Shown here: one piece after another, positions 51,709 to 59,683 of the stretch
How positions within the stretch are numbered: position 1 is the stretch's first letter
Layout: every line of letters begins with the position of its first letter
Origin: Candidatus Omnitrophota bacterium
GTDB taxonomy: Bacteria > Omnitrophota > Gorgyraeia > Zapsychrales > Fredricksoniimonadaceae
Assembly: GCA_015233145.1 (NCBI GenBank)
Contig: JADFYI010000003.1
Location: 105,421 to 165,103, forward strand
DNA length: 59,683 nt
Reading direction: 5' to 3'
The notes under the pieces: generated by a model
Told to the model about the DNA's origin: nothing
The model's input: only the letters and a program-made list of their open reading frames with translations
Database searches by the model: none
Made by a program: the position numbers and the translations under genes

Positions 51709-52956
51709 ATGATTGATAAAAATCGTTACCGGACGATTGTTTTTATTTTACTGGGTATTCTGGTGTTTTTTGTTTACGGGTATCATTTTTACCTTCCGAG
51801 GGAACCCTACTTTGATGAGATTCTTTATGTGAACTTCATGCGAAGCTTGGGAGCCGGGGAGTACAGCATAACGCTTTCCGCTCATCCACCGTTGTGGAAT
51901 TTTTTAATGGCTGGATGTGTTCGTGTTTTTGGCGATTATTCCTGGTCATGGCGGCTGGTATCGCTTTTGGCAGGAGTTGGGGTTTTGATTGTTTTATATT
52001 TTTTGGTCAAACAAATTACGCAAGATGTAACCACGTCTTTGCTGGCTGTCTTTTTTATGCTTTTTGACTGCCTTTCCTTGACGCAAGCCCGTGCGGCCAT
52101 GATGAATGCTTTTCTTTTGTTGTGGATGCTTTTATCCATGTTGTTTTTCTTTTATGCTTTGGAGGGAAAAGCCTCTTTTAACCGAAAATACCTTTTATTA
52201 TCTGGAATATTTTTAGGCCTGGCCTTGGCCACCAAAATACTGGTGTTCAATATGGTTTTCTTTTTCGGGCCTTTTGTCCTCATTTATGCCTGGCAGAGAA
52301 AGGCCGAGCGCGGTAAGTTTCTCATGTGGAGCGCGGTATGTTTTATCCTGATTCCGGTGGTCATGTTTTTCTGTGTTTATGTGCCGGTCATGTTCTTTAA
52401 GGATCATCAAGCAGTCGATATATGGGCGATTCCATTGTTTCATCTGCAATACCACTTTTCAACAAAGCAAACACATCCGTATGTTTCTGACTGGTGGACG
52501 TGGCCGGCCATGGCGCGTCCGGTCTGGATGTATTTTCAGACAGCCTATTACGGCACTCCTGGCGCAACGGTTGAGGGGATTGTTTGCATAGGCAATCCTG
52601 CTCTGTTCTGGATGATGCCGGTTGCCATAGGGTATATGTTGTGGGAAGGCTTAAAAAACAAGTCGCGCGTGGCTGGTATCATTTTGGCAGGGTTTGCATC
52701 GCAATGGCTTTGTTATATTTTTGTCAGCCGCATGAAGTTTCTTCATTATATGTATCCTGTGATGCCTTTTTTAGCCATGGCCTTTGCGGTGATGGGTGTG
52801 AAACTATGGAATAAAGGCAAAATTGGCCGTGCGGTGGTCATATATTATCTGGTCCTGACCGCAGGGATGTTTGTTTTCTGGTATCCGCTTCTGACAGGGC
52901 TGCCAGTGAGCGCCAGCTTTTACAGCCATCATATCTGGTTCCGGTCATGGGTTTAA
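51709..52956 (+). CDS. GT39-family (PMT-like) phospholipid-carrier-dependent protein O-mannosyltransferase homologue
   Basis: First-loop PYFDEILYVNF (DE motif), many TM helices, and C-terminal PMT_4TMC-like HPYVSDWWTWPAMARPVWMYF. Confidence 0.75.
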   Translation: MIDKNRYRTIVFILLGILVFFVYGYHFYLPREPYFDEILYVNFMRSLGAGEYSITLSAHPPLWNFLMAGCVRVFGDYSWSWRLVSLLAGVGVLIVLYFLVKQITQDVTTSLLAVFFMLFDCLSLTQARAAMMNAFLLLWMLLSMLFFFYALEGKASFNRKYLLLSGIFLGLALATKILVFNMVFFFGPFVLIYAWQRKAERGKFLMWSAVCFILIPVVMFFCVYVPVMFFKDHQAVDIWAIPLFHLQYHFSTKQTHPYVSDWWTWPAMARPVWMYFQTAYYGTPGATVEGIVCIGNPALFWMMPVAIGYMLWEGLKNKSRVAGIILAGFASQWLCYIFVSRMKFLHYMYPVMPFLAMAFAVMGVKLWNKGKIGRAVVIYYLVLTAGMFVFWYPLLTGLPVSASFYSHHIWFRSWV

Positions 52957-52999
52957 GGAACTTGAGCATTGTTAGACGGAAAAATTACAGGCCATTGCC

Positions 53000-53027
53000 T
53001 TGACAGGCCTTCTTTATATGTTATATT
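53000..53027 (+). promoter_or_regulatory. Sigma70-type promoter of the sedolisin-like gene
   Basis: TTGACA (53000-53005), 16-nt spacer, TATATT (53022-53027). The leader contains the palindrome AATATTAAC/GTTAATATT (53043-53064). Confidence 0.5.
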
Positions 53028-53158
53028 TTTGTTATATAGGGTAATATTAACAAAAGTTAATATTGCAAAGATCTGGTTCAAGCACAGGCTTAACCAAGAT
53101 GTGGTTTTTTTGACAATCGCCAGAGATGTTTGGCTTTATTATTAAGGAGTGCAAGACA

Positions 53159-56100
53159 ATGAAAAAGATTAAAAAACCATGTCTTAGATTTCTTAAAAGC
53201 GTTGTCGTAGTTGTTTCCAGTCTTGCCCTTATCGCCCAATCTTTGCTTTTTGCCTCACCCTCTTATGCCCAAACTTCTCCCAGAATTTTAACAGGACTGG
53301 TCCCTGCATGGGTTCAGAAAAATTTTCCCGCTTACAAGACTGCCAATAATCCAGCCTCGGATAGCATGGTTATTGACACCAGGGTTGTTTTGCCTTTAGC
53401 TCCGGATGCGCAAACCAAACTCAATGCCTTGCTTTTAAGCTTATATAGTCCTGAAGATGTTAATTTTGAATCTTTTATCACTCCTGCTGTATTTAATCAG
53501 TCATACCGGGCTTCGGATGCCGATATTGCGGCTGTAAAAAGTTTTCTTACGGGTTATGGCCTTAGTGTAACAGCACAGTCTCTTAACGGGACAGTATTAT
53601 CAGTGCGCGGTCCGGTTTCGGCTTATAATAAAGCATTTTTTGGCGGCGCTTCAGCCATACAAATGTTTCCAGGATGGGGGACTGCCCAACACTATGCGCC
53701 TAATCGCAATGCCACAGTGCCATCAGGAGTTAATATCCTGGAGGTCGCTGGCCTGGATGATTGCCCAAGGTATAATCCACATGCTCTTCCTGGTCCGCAA
53801 ATCGTATCTCCTGCAATAGGTCATGCCCCGAACGGGGCTTTAGCGCCCGCAGATGTCAAGGCAGCGTATAATTTCCAGTCATTTCCCGCTCCAACTTCGA
53901 CAACAGAAGTCACTCCGCCGCTCATTACACAGCAGCCAACGGATGTAACGGTTATAACTCCGGCATCGGCAACTTTTACAGTGGCAGCCGCAGGCTCACC
54001 TGCGCCGGCATATCAATGGATGAAAATGCCAAACGGCAGCACGGCTTATGCACCTGTTCTCGGGGCAATAAGCGCAACTTATTCCATAGGAGCGACAACA
54101 GTTGCTGACAGCGGAACGTATCAATGCGTGATTACAAATGATGCCGGCAGCGTCACCAGTAATCCGGTAAAATTAACAGTGAGCCCTGTAACGGCAACCC
54201 TTACGATTGTAAAAGCGCCGTCTTCTCAGTCCGTTATGGCAGGGGACGCGGCGACTTTTTCAGTATTAGCCAGCGGACCTGCTCCAATAACATATCAATG
54301 GATGGTCAAACCACCTGCTGGCACTATGAGCAATATTCCTGGAGCCACGGGCCCTGCCTATACCACTGGTTCGACAACTCTTGATATGGCCAGAACAGTT
54401 TATTATTGTCTTGTGGGAGGCTCTATTTATGTCTCGGCCCCCTTATTGGTGAGGCCAGCGGTAGCTCCGACTATCACAGTTCAACCAAAAAGCCAAACAG
54501 TGACGCCATTGAGCCCTGTAACCATGACTGTAGCGGCCACAGGTTTTCCTGCGCCAAAATATCAGTGGGTGAAAAAGCCTATAGGCGCTGGCCTTATTAA
54601 TGGCATTAGTGCCGACTATTTGCCCATTCCCGGAGCCACAGGCTCCACATTTACTCTTAATACAACAACACTGGTGCAAAGCGGCGCATACGCTGTTACT
54701 GTTACCAATTCTGCCGGGAGCGTGACCAGCAGTCCGGCGACAGTCACAGTTACCTCTGCGATTCCGAGCTATGCAGGGAAAACTAATATTGCCCTTTTGG
54801 AGTTTGATGGGTATCAGTCTGCGGATATCGCAACCTTTGAAAAAGAATTTGCGCTTTCGCATGTGCCTTTGATTAATGTTCCTGTTAACCGGTTTATTCC
54901 GCCCCTTGATTATACTGTTACAGGAGGAGCCAGCCAGGCAACACTTGATGTTGAGTCTCTGGAAGCCTATGCGCTTGGGACAAAAGCGATTTATGTTTAT
55001 CAGGCGAGCAATACCGCCAATGGCCTGATAGATGCCTTGGGGCAAATGGTTAATGCCGCAACAGCCGCCGGAAAGCCGCAGAATAATGTTATCAGCCTTA
55101 CCTGGGGCGCTCCTGAGCACCAGACCGTCACAGCCAATTTTTATAATCAGATGGCCCAGCAGGCCGCGGCCCAGGGGATAAGTGTTCTGGCTGCTTCAGG
55201 GGATAATGGTGCTTATGATGACCCGTTAAACCCTCAAATAGCATCCGTGGATTTACCTGCCAGTTTGCCTTATGTCACGGCGGTTGGAAGCACAAGTCTT
55301 GCAGCCAAAAATGGAACATATGCTGAATCAGCCTCAATGCTGGGCGGCGGCGGTGTAAGCCGGCTTTGGCCTATTCCATTTTATCAGGTTCCCATTGTTA
55401 CCCCCGGCGCAGCAAGGACTGCAAAACTGTCACCAAGCTATCGTAATCTGCCGGATACAGCCCTTAATGCAGATCAATCAACCCCATATGCATTTCGTAT
55501 TAATGGAGCTTGGGGGGGGTATTCTGGTACAGCCATAGCAACGAATATTGTGGCATCGTTGGTGGGGCTCGTGGACCAGGGGCTCAGTCAATTAACCAGA
55601 GATACGATACCTTCCATAGGGCTTATTAACCCTATGTTTTATAATTTTGCGCAGGATCCTGTAAATTATCCTGGAAATTTCAAGGATGTTATTTCTGGCA
55701 GTAACGGTTATTTTACAGCCGTGAAAGGTTTTGACGCTGTCACGGGATTTGGATCCGTTGATTTTTTTAAAGGATATCTGAATCTTGTGAAAAGTGCGTT
55801 ATTTATAAAATTTGAGACCAATGGTTTTCTTGTTGGAAACTGCGCGGTGAATATCGCTGATCCCGCAAATCCGTGTCCGATTGGTCAAGATCAATACAAC
55901 CTTTCTGGCACAAGGTATTTCGCCTGTTGCGCTAATCCTCCTCAGGGGAAAACGGTTTTTGCTCAACCTGCAACGATAATCGCCCTGAAACAAAAAGTAG
56001 CCAGTCCCATGTTTGCAGCATGGGCAGGACCAAGCGGAGAAGATGTGCTTGGTGGTGCAATAATAGGTATAGCATTTGTTATTATAGTTTTTTCCATATT

Positions 56101-57070
56101 CGGCTCAGTTGCGCCAATTGTTATTGCTGCCGTTGTTATTGGCGCTGCGATAGGCGGAGCGGTTAAATATGCGACAGGAGATGATCATTTAAATCCTCCG
56201 AAGCCAACTCCGACCCCAACGCCAACTCCGACGCCAACACCAACGCCGACACCGACACCAACGCCAACGCCGTGTCCTTCTGCCCAGCCGACAAGGTGCA
56301 ACGGGACGTGCACCAATACCAGCACAGATGCCAGTAACTGTGGTGGTTGTGGGAACGTATGCTCAGCTACGGGACAAACATGTCAGAGCGGGAGCTGTAA
56401 GTGTCCTGGTACGCAGGTCGTTTGTGCAGGGGCTTGCACGGACACACAGACAAGCAATAGTAACTGCGGCGGCTGCGGGATTACATGTTCAGGCGGAGAA
56501 AGCTGCCAGAGCGGAGCTTGCAAGTGCCCCAATGGTGGCAAAGTGGGAGACAACAATAATTGCGGTGCCTGCGGGACTCAATGCACAAATGGAGAAACCT
56601 GCCAGAGCGGCGCGTGCAAGTGTCCTAGCGGTTACCTAGGAGACAACGATAATTGCGGTACCTGCGGGCATGCATGTACTGCTCCAGATTCATGCGTAAA
56701 TGGGCAATGTGTTTGTCAGCCTCGGACATGCTCTTTTTATAATGCCGATTATCATGCCAATGACAATGCCTGTGGAGTTTTTGATGACGGGTGTGGCAAG
56801 ACAATTGATTGTACAACATGCGCCGCTCCTAAGGTTTGTTCGGGGCCTCCTCTTACTATCCCGCCTCCTCCGATGTGGCAGGGAGTTTGCCAGGACCCCT
56901 GTTGCACTCAGACAAGTGCCGTGACGATTACATTAGGGGGGCAGCCATCAAGCGTCTTGGCTGTTCAAAAAACACCGACAGTAATAGCCAATGTTGTGGG
57001 GTGTATTTGCACAACGCCAACAGCATCGACAATAACGTTTTATAAATATTTAACAGGCTCTAACAAATAA
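53159..57070 (+). CDS. Sedolisin (peptidase S53)-like surface protein, predicted catalytically inactive. Order: pro-kumamolisin prodomain, 4 inserted Ig-like repeats, S53 core, hydrophobic hairpin, (PT)11 linker, 4 Cys-rich modules
   Basis: The ATG at 53159 lies 9 nt after AAGGAG. S53 motifs LAPADVKAAYNF, IALLEFDGY, VLAASGDNGAYD and DVISGSNGYFTAVKGFDAVTGFGSVDF. Triad positions read QATLD (expected ExxLD) and SGTAIAT (expected GTS). Ig repeats end in YQCVITNDAGSVTSNPVKLTV-type strands. Confidence 0.8.
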   Translation: MKKIKKPCLRFLKSVVVVVSSLALIAQSLLFASPSYAQTSPRILTGLVPAWVQKNFPAYKTANNPASDSMVIDTRVVLPLAPDAQTKLNALLLSLYSPEDVNFESFITPAVFNQSYRASDADIAAVKSFLTGYGLSVTAQSLNGTVLSVRGPVSAYNKAFFGGASAIQMFPGWGTAQHYAPNRNATVPSGVNILEVAGLDDCPRYNPHALPGPQIVSPAIGHAPNGALAPADVKAAYNFQSFPAPTSTTEVTPPLITQQPTDVTVITPASATFTVAAAGSPAPAYQWMKMPNGSTAYAPVLGAISATYSIGATTVADSGTYQCVITNDAGSVTSNPVKLTVSPVTATLTIVKAPSSQSVMAGDAATFSVLASGPAPITYQWMVKPPAGTMSNIPGATGPAYTTGSTTLDMARTVYYCLVGGSIYVSAPLLVRPAVAPTITVQPKSQTVTPLSPVTMTVAATGFPAPKYQWVKKPIGAGLINGISADYLPIPGATGSTFTLNTTTLVQSGAYAVTVTNSAGSVTSSPATVTVTSAIPSYAGKTNIALLEFDGYQSADIATFEKEFALSHVPLINVPVNRFIPPLDYTVTGGASQATLDVESLEAYALGTKAIYVYQASNTANGLIDALGQMVNAATAAGKPQNNVISLTWGAPEHQTVTANFYNQMAQQAAAQGISVLAASGDNGAYDDPLNPQIASVDLPASLPYVTAVGSTSLAAKNGTYAESASMLGGGGVSRLWPIPFYQVPIVTPGAARTAKLSPSYRNLPDTALNADQSTPYAFRINGAWGGYSGTAIATNIVASLVGLVDQGLSQLTRDTIPSIGLINPMFYNFAQDPVNYPGNFKDVISGSNGYFTAVKGFDAVTGFGSVDFFKGYLNLVKSALFIKFETNGFLVGNCAVNIADPANPCPIGQDQYNLSGTRYFACCANPPQGKTVFAQPATIIALKQKVASPMFAAWAGPSGEDVLGGAIIGIAFVIIVFSIFGSVAPIVIAAVVIGAAIGGAVKYATGDDHLNPPKPTPTPTPTPTPTPTPTPTPTPTPCPSAQPTRCNGTCTNTSTDASNCGGCGNVCSATGQTCQSGSCKCPGTQVVCAGACTDTQTSNSNCGGCGITCSGGESCQSGACKCPNGGKVGDNNNCGACGTQCTNGETCQSGACKCPSGYLGDNDNCGTCGHACTAPDSCVNGQCVCQPRTCSFYNADYHANDNACGVFDDGCGKTIDCTTCAAPKVCSGPPLTIPPPPMWQGVCQDPCCTQTSAVTITLGGQPSSVLAVQKTPTVIANVVGCICTTPTASTITFYKYLTGSNK
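56204..56272 (+). repeat. (Pro-Thr)11-Pro coding microsatellite-like linker
   Basis: CCA ACT CCG ACC ... encodes PTPTPTPTPTPTPTPTPTPTPTP. Confidence 0.9.
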
Positions 57071-57104
57071 AGGATATTTTTTCTTAAAAACAGGAGTAAA
57101 AATA

Positions 57105-57139
57105 AAAAAGCCTCAGTCGGAAACGGTTGAGGCTTTTTT
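57105..57139 (+). terminator. Rho-independent terminator
   Basis: AAAAAGCCTCA (57105-57115) pairs with TGAGGCTTTTT (57128-57138). Confidence 0.85.
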
Positions 57140-57231
57140 GGCCGTGCTTAAGTCCATTCCTGTTGCCATGCCAAGACAACAATGGGGCTTAAGGTGTTAA
57201 CCAATATCAAGCCTTGGAAGGATGCGTTGTT

Positions 57232-58602
57232 ATGAAAAAAGATAATATTAAAGGCGCATTTGGTTTGCATCGGATTTTCTTGATATTGGCAGGTGCGTTA
57301 GTTGTTGTGCTTTGCTTGGGGATTGTTTCTTACGCAGATCCCGTAACAGTAAAAACAGCAAAGCCTCCGGCGTTGGCCACAACAGCAACGTCCATACCGG
57401 TAGCAATATCAACGCAAACACCGGTAACAATATCAACTTTCACCCCGATAACAACATTAATGCCTGTCGTGAATGTTCCCGTCAGGTTGACTCAACCGTT
57501 AAATAATACTGTTTATCCGGCTGGGGCCAATATGTTTTTTGAGGCCAAGGTGTTAAATCCCATGACGGTTCGGGTTGATTTTTATAACGGCACAACATTA
57601 TTAAAAACAGTGCCCTGGAAGCCTTACACCTATACGTGGAAGAATGTGGCTCCTGGCAGCTACCACATAACAGCTGTGGCTACAGATTTCAGGGGTGTGA
57701 AAAACACCTCTGCTGCAGTGAATGTGACAGTAGGGCCTTCACCGGTAGCGGGATTAACAGCCTTTGCCGTTAATCCTTCTGCCACAGCCCCGTTAAATTT
57801 TATTCTGGCGGCGTGGGCGACATCGGCCAAAGGCCCCATCACTCAAATTGCTTTTTACAATGGTTCAACATTATTAGAAACTGTGACTGCCGCGGATTCA
57901 AAGGTTGACTCGTGGTATAGTGAGGCGACTGCCACCTGGAGTAGTGTTGCCTTGGGTTCTTTGTTGAATGTGCCTGCCGGCAGTTATAACTTAAGCGCTA
58001 TAGCCACAGACAGCACAGGGGCTATGTCCACAGCTTACTATGCGGTAAGTAATACAGTTGTTGCTGCCACTAACGCAAGCTTTATAATTTTTGCCCAGAT
58101 CCCTATTGACGGCCCTGCAAAATTTTGTACCAGACCAGAATTAGCTGACAGGGAAGAATGTATTTTTTCCACTTGGTTAAGAATTCGCTACTGGCTGGGG
58201 GATATATTCGACCCTGTCGAAGATCCGCCACCCCCAGTGTTGTGCCCTGAATTACCGGCAACGCCTGGTAATGTTTCAGCAATCTACAATCCCGCTACAG
58301 GAACATGTAACGTGACCTGGAACAATTCCCAAGATGGTGTGGTTTATTCTGCTTCTTGCTATGTTCCGGGAAGTGATTCGCAAGGTCATCCTAAAATACC
58401 ACCTGACACATCTGGTGAGACCAAAACGCCACCGCCACCAGTAACATCAGGTTGCGATGTTATACCTCACCCAGGTAATATGGAATCACTAGAGGGAGCT
58501 AAGTGTGTAGTTTATGCAAAAAATCCGAGTGGAGGAGACGCTTGTTTCAGTTGGTCTCAAACAGTAACGTGTGTAGATCCAAGGCATCCGATCGCTCAAT
58601 AA
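57232..58602 (+). CDS. Membrane-anchored protein with Thr/Pro-rich linker, two or more bacterial Ig-like domains and a Cys-containing C-terminal domain
   Basis: The ATG at 57232 gives MKKDNIKGAFGLHRIFLILAGALVVVLCLG (signal anchor). Repeats VDFYNGTTLLKTV...GSYHITAVATDFRGV and IAFYNGSTLLETV...GSYNLSAIATDSTGA. Confidence 0.7.
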   Translation: MKKDNIKGAFGLHRIFLILAGALVVVLCLGIVSYADPVTVKTAKPPALATTATSIPVAISTQTPVTISTFTPITTLMPVVNVPVRLTQPLNNTVYPAGANMFFEAKVLNPMTVRVDFYNGTTLLKTVPWKPYTYTWKNVAPGSYHITAVATDFRGVKNTSAAVNVTVGPSPVAGLTAFAVNPSATAPLNFILAAWATSAKGPITQIAFYNGSTLLETVTAADSKVDSWYSEATATWSSVALGSLLNVPAGSYNLSAIATDSTGAMSTAYYAVSNTVVAATNASFIIFAQIPIDGPAKFCTRPELADREECIFSTWLRIRYWLGDIFDPVEDPPPPVLCPELPATPGNVSAIYNPATGTCNVTWNNSQDGVVYSASCYVPGSDSQGHPKIPPDTSGETKTPPPPVTSGCDVIPHPGNMESLEGAKCVVYAKNPSGGDACFSWSQTVTCVDPRHPIAQ

Positions 58603-58622
58603 TGTTTTTTGATTAGAAATCC

Positions 58623-58665
58623 AAAAGGCAGCTTAACGATATAAATCGAAGCTGCCTTTTTTATT
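58623..58665 (+). terminator. Rho-independent terminator
   Basis: AAAAGGCAGCTT (58623-58634) pairs with AAGCTGCCTTTT (58649-58660), followed by TTATT. Confidence 0.85.
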
Positions 58666-58692
58666 GGACGTTTGAGGCTCTGCGCATATAAT
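58664..58692 (+). promoter_or_regulatory. Sigma70-type promoter of trpB2
   Basis: TTGGAC (58664-58669), 17-nt spacer, TATAAT (58687-58692). Confidence 0.6.
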
Positions 58693-58729
58693 AGGGGAAT
58701 AAAATTTATTTTTAAACCCAGAGGATATT

Positions 58730-59683
58730 ATGGATCAGATCAAAGTTTTTTTAGATGAAAAAGACATGCCCAAGAAATGGTATAACCTGGCAGCGGATTT
58801 GCCAACACCCATGCTTCCGCCATTAGCGCCTGACGGCACTCCGGTCAAGCCGGAAATGCTGGAGGCCGTGTTCCCGAAGAATTTAATCGAGCAGGAAATG
58901 AGCCAGAAGCGCTGGATAGACATCCCCGAGGAAGTTCAGCAGATTTTATACCAGTGGAGGCCCTCGCCCTTGCGCCGAGCCCTTCGCCTGGAGCAGTACC
59001 TTAAAACTCCGGCCAAGATTTATTATAAGGATGAGAGCGTTTCTCCTGCCGGGAGCCATAAAACCAATACTGCCGTGCCTCAGGCCTGGTATAACAAGCA
59101 GTTTGGCGTCAAAAAGATCACCACAGAAACCGGTGCCGGGCAGTGGGGAACCGCGCTTTCTTTTGCCTGCCATGTTTTTGGCCTGGAGTGCAAGGTGTTC
59201 ATGGTGCGTGTAAGTTTTGAGCAGAAACCTTTACGAAAGATTATGATGGGGCTGTGGGGTGCTAATTGCATTGCAAGCCCGTCTACAGAAACCAATGCCG
59301 GACGCGCTGTGCTTAAGGAAATGCCCCATACGCCTGGCAGCCTTGGCATTGCCATCAGTGAGGCTGTGGAAGCGGCGGTGACCGACAAATCCGGCCAGAC
59401 GCGCTATGCTTTGGGAAGCGTTTTAAACCATGTTCTTTTACATCAGACGATCATCGGCCTTGAGGCTAAAAAACAGCTTAAGAAAATTGGCGTTAAAAAG
59501 CCGGATATTGTGATCGCTTGCGCGGGCGGGGGCAGTAATTTTGCGGGAATCGCGTTTCCTTTTACGTGCGATAAAATCAACGGCGAGAAAATTGAGATTA
59601 TTCCTGTGGAATCTGCGGCGTCTCCCAAAATGACCAAAGGCAAATTTGCCTATGACCATGGCGATGTCGCCGGCATGACCCCG
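58730..59683 (+). CDS. trpB: TrpB2-type tryptophan synthase beta-like PLP enzyme (3' end outside window)
   Basis: Manual translation from the ATG at 58730 (RBS AGAGGA): [28 protein letters not shown]...[18 protein letters not shown] (PLP lysine motif)...TETGAGQWG...[11 protein letters not shown]. Open to the window end, so absent from the ORF track. Confidence 0.85.
   Translation, partial: MDQIKVFLDEKDMPKKWYNLAADLPTPMLPPLAPDGTPVKPEMLEAVFPKNLIEQEMSQKRWIDIPEEVQQILYQWRPSPLRRALRLEQYLKTPAKIYYKDESVSPAGSHKTNTAVPQAWYNKQFGVKKITTETGAGQWGTALSFACHVFGLECKVFMVRVSFEQKPLRKIMMGLWGANCIASPSTETNAGRAVLKEMPHTPGSLGIAISEAVEAAVTDKSGQTRYALGSVLNHVLLHQTIIGLEAKKQLKKIGVKKPDIVIACAGGGSNFAGIAFPFTCDKINGEKIEIIPVESAASPKMTKGKFAYDHGDVAGMTP

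Noticed and set aside
54443-55120. 225-aa minus-strand ORF
   Set aside because: It is antisense to the sedolisin-like gene. The Arg/Cys/Gly-rich translation is typical of a reverse frame of coding sequence.
56204-56272. Short tandem repeat that could be mistaken for a CRISPR or VNTR locus
   Set aside because: It is in frame inside the sedolisin-like CDS and encodes a (Pro-Thr)11-Pro linker. There is no spacer/repeat organisation.
1-59683. tRNA, rRNA, CRISPR arrays, transposases, integrases, prophage or defence islands
   Set aside because: I scanned the intergenic regions and ORF translations by eye. I found no cloverleaf-like T-arm motifs (GGTTCGAATCC-type), no rRNA-like stretches, no regularly spaced direct repeats, and no DDE/tyrosine/serine recombinase or RT motifs. 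The window looks like core chromosome.

Overview
Gene-dense chromosomal segment, mostly on the + strand, from an anaerobic bacterium. Several lineage-typical hypothetical proteins suggest an uncultivated candidate-phylum organism, possibly Omnitrophota-like, but that is inference only. All calls come from reading motifs by eye; no homology search was run.

Main content:
- A complete NADH-linked [FeFe]-hydrogenase locus: NuoE-like, 2Fe-2S protein, NuoF-like, HydA.
- Its maturation operon: TM1266-type regulator, aspartase-like lyase, hydF, hydG, a small ORF, hydE.
- A radical-SAM/nrdD/nrdG operon preceded by NrdR-like boxes.
- An OmpR-type two-component pair.
- Envelope redox and folding genes: FKBP, ccdA, tlpA.
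- lexA followed by an orphan, circularly permuted DNA methyltransferase.
- A cobalamin riboswitch and TonB-dependent receptor next to B12-dependent metH.
- Two GT-C/PMT-like glycosyltransferases.
- A 1303-aa sedolisin (S53) homologue that appears catalytically dead, followed by an Ig-repeat partner.
- A partial trpB2 at the 3' edge.

No rRNA, tRNA, CRISPR array, transposase or integrase was seen.

Most interesting signals:
1. A ~120-nt bipartite intergenic element present in three copies, with compensatory stem changes, directly upstream of hydA, the FKBP gene and tlpA.
2. A second palindromic leader element in two copies, one carrying an extra multi-stem insert.
3. A promoter-leader-terminator (attenuator or riboswitch-like) unit in front of the hydrogenase maturation operon.
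4. A GC-rich structured 200-nt spacer inside that operon.
5. The pseudo-sedolisin/Ig/Pro-Thr-linker/Cys-module surface protein next to a PMT-type O-mannosyltransferase homologue.
6. A radical-SAM/NosR-like pair with a homopolymer frame junction and a Tat-signal mini-ORF.
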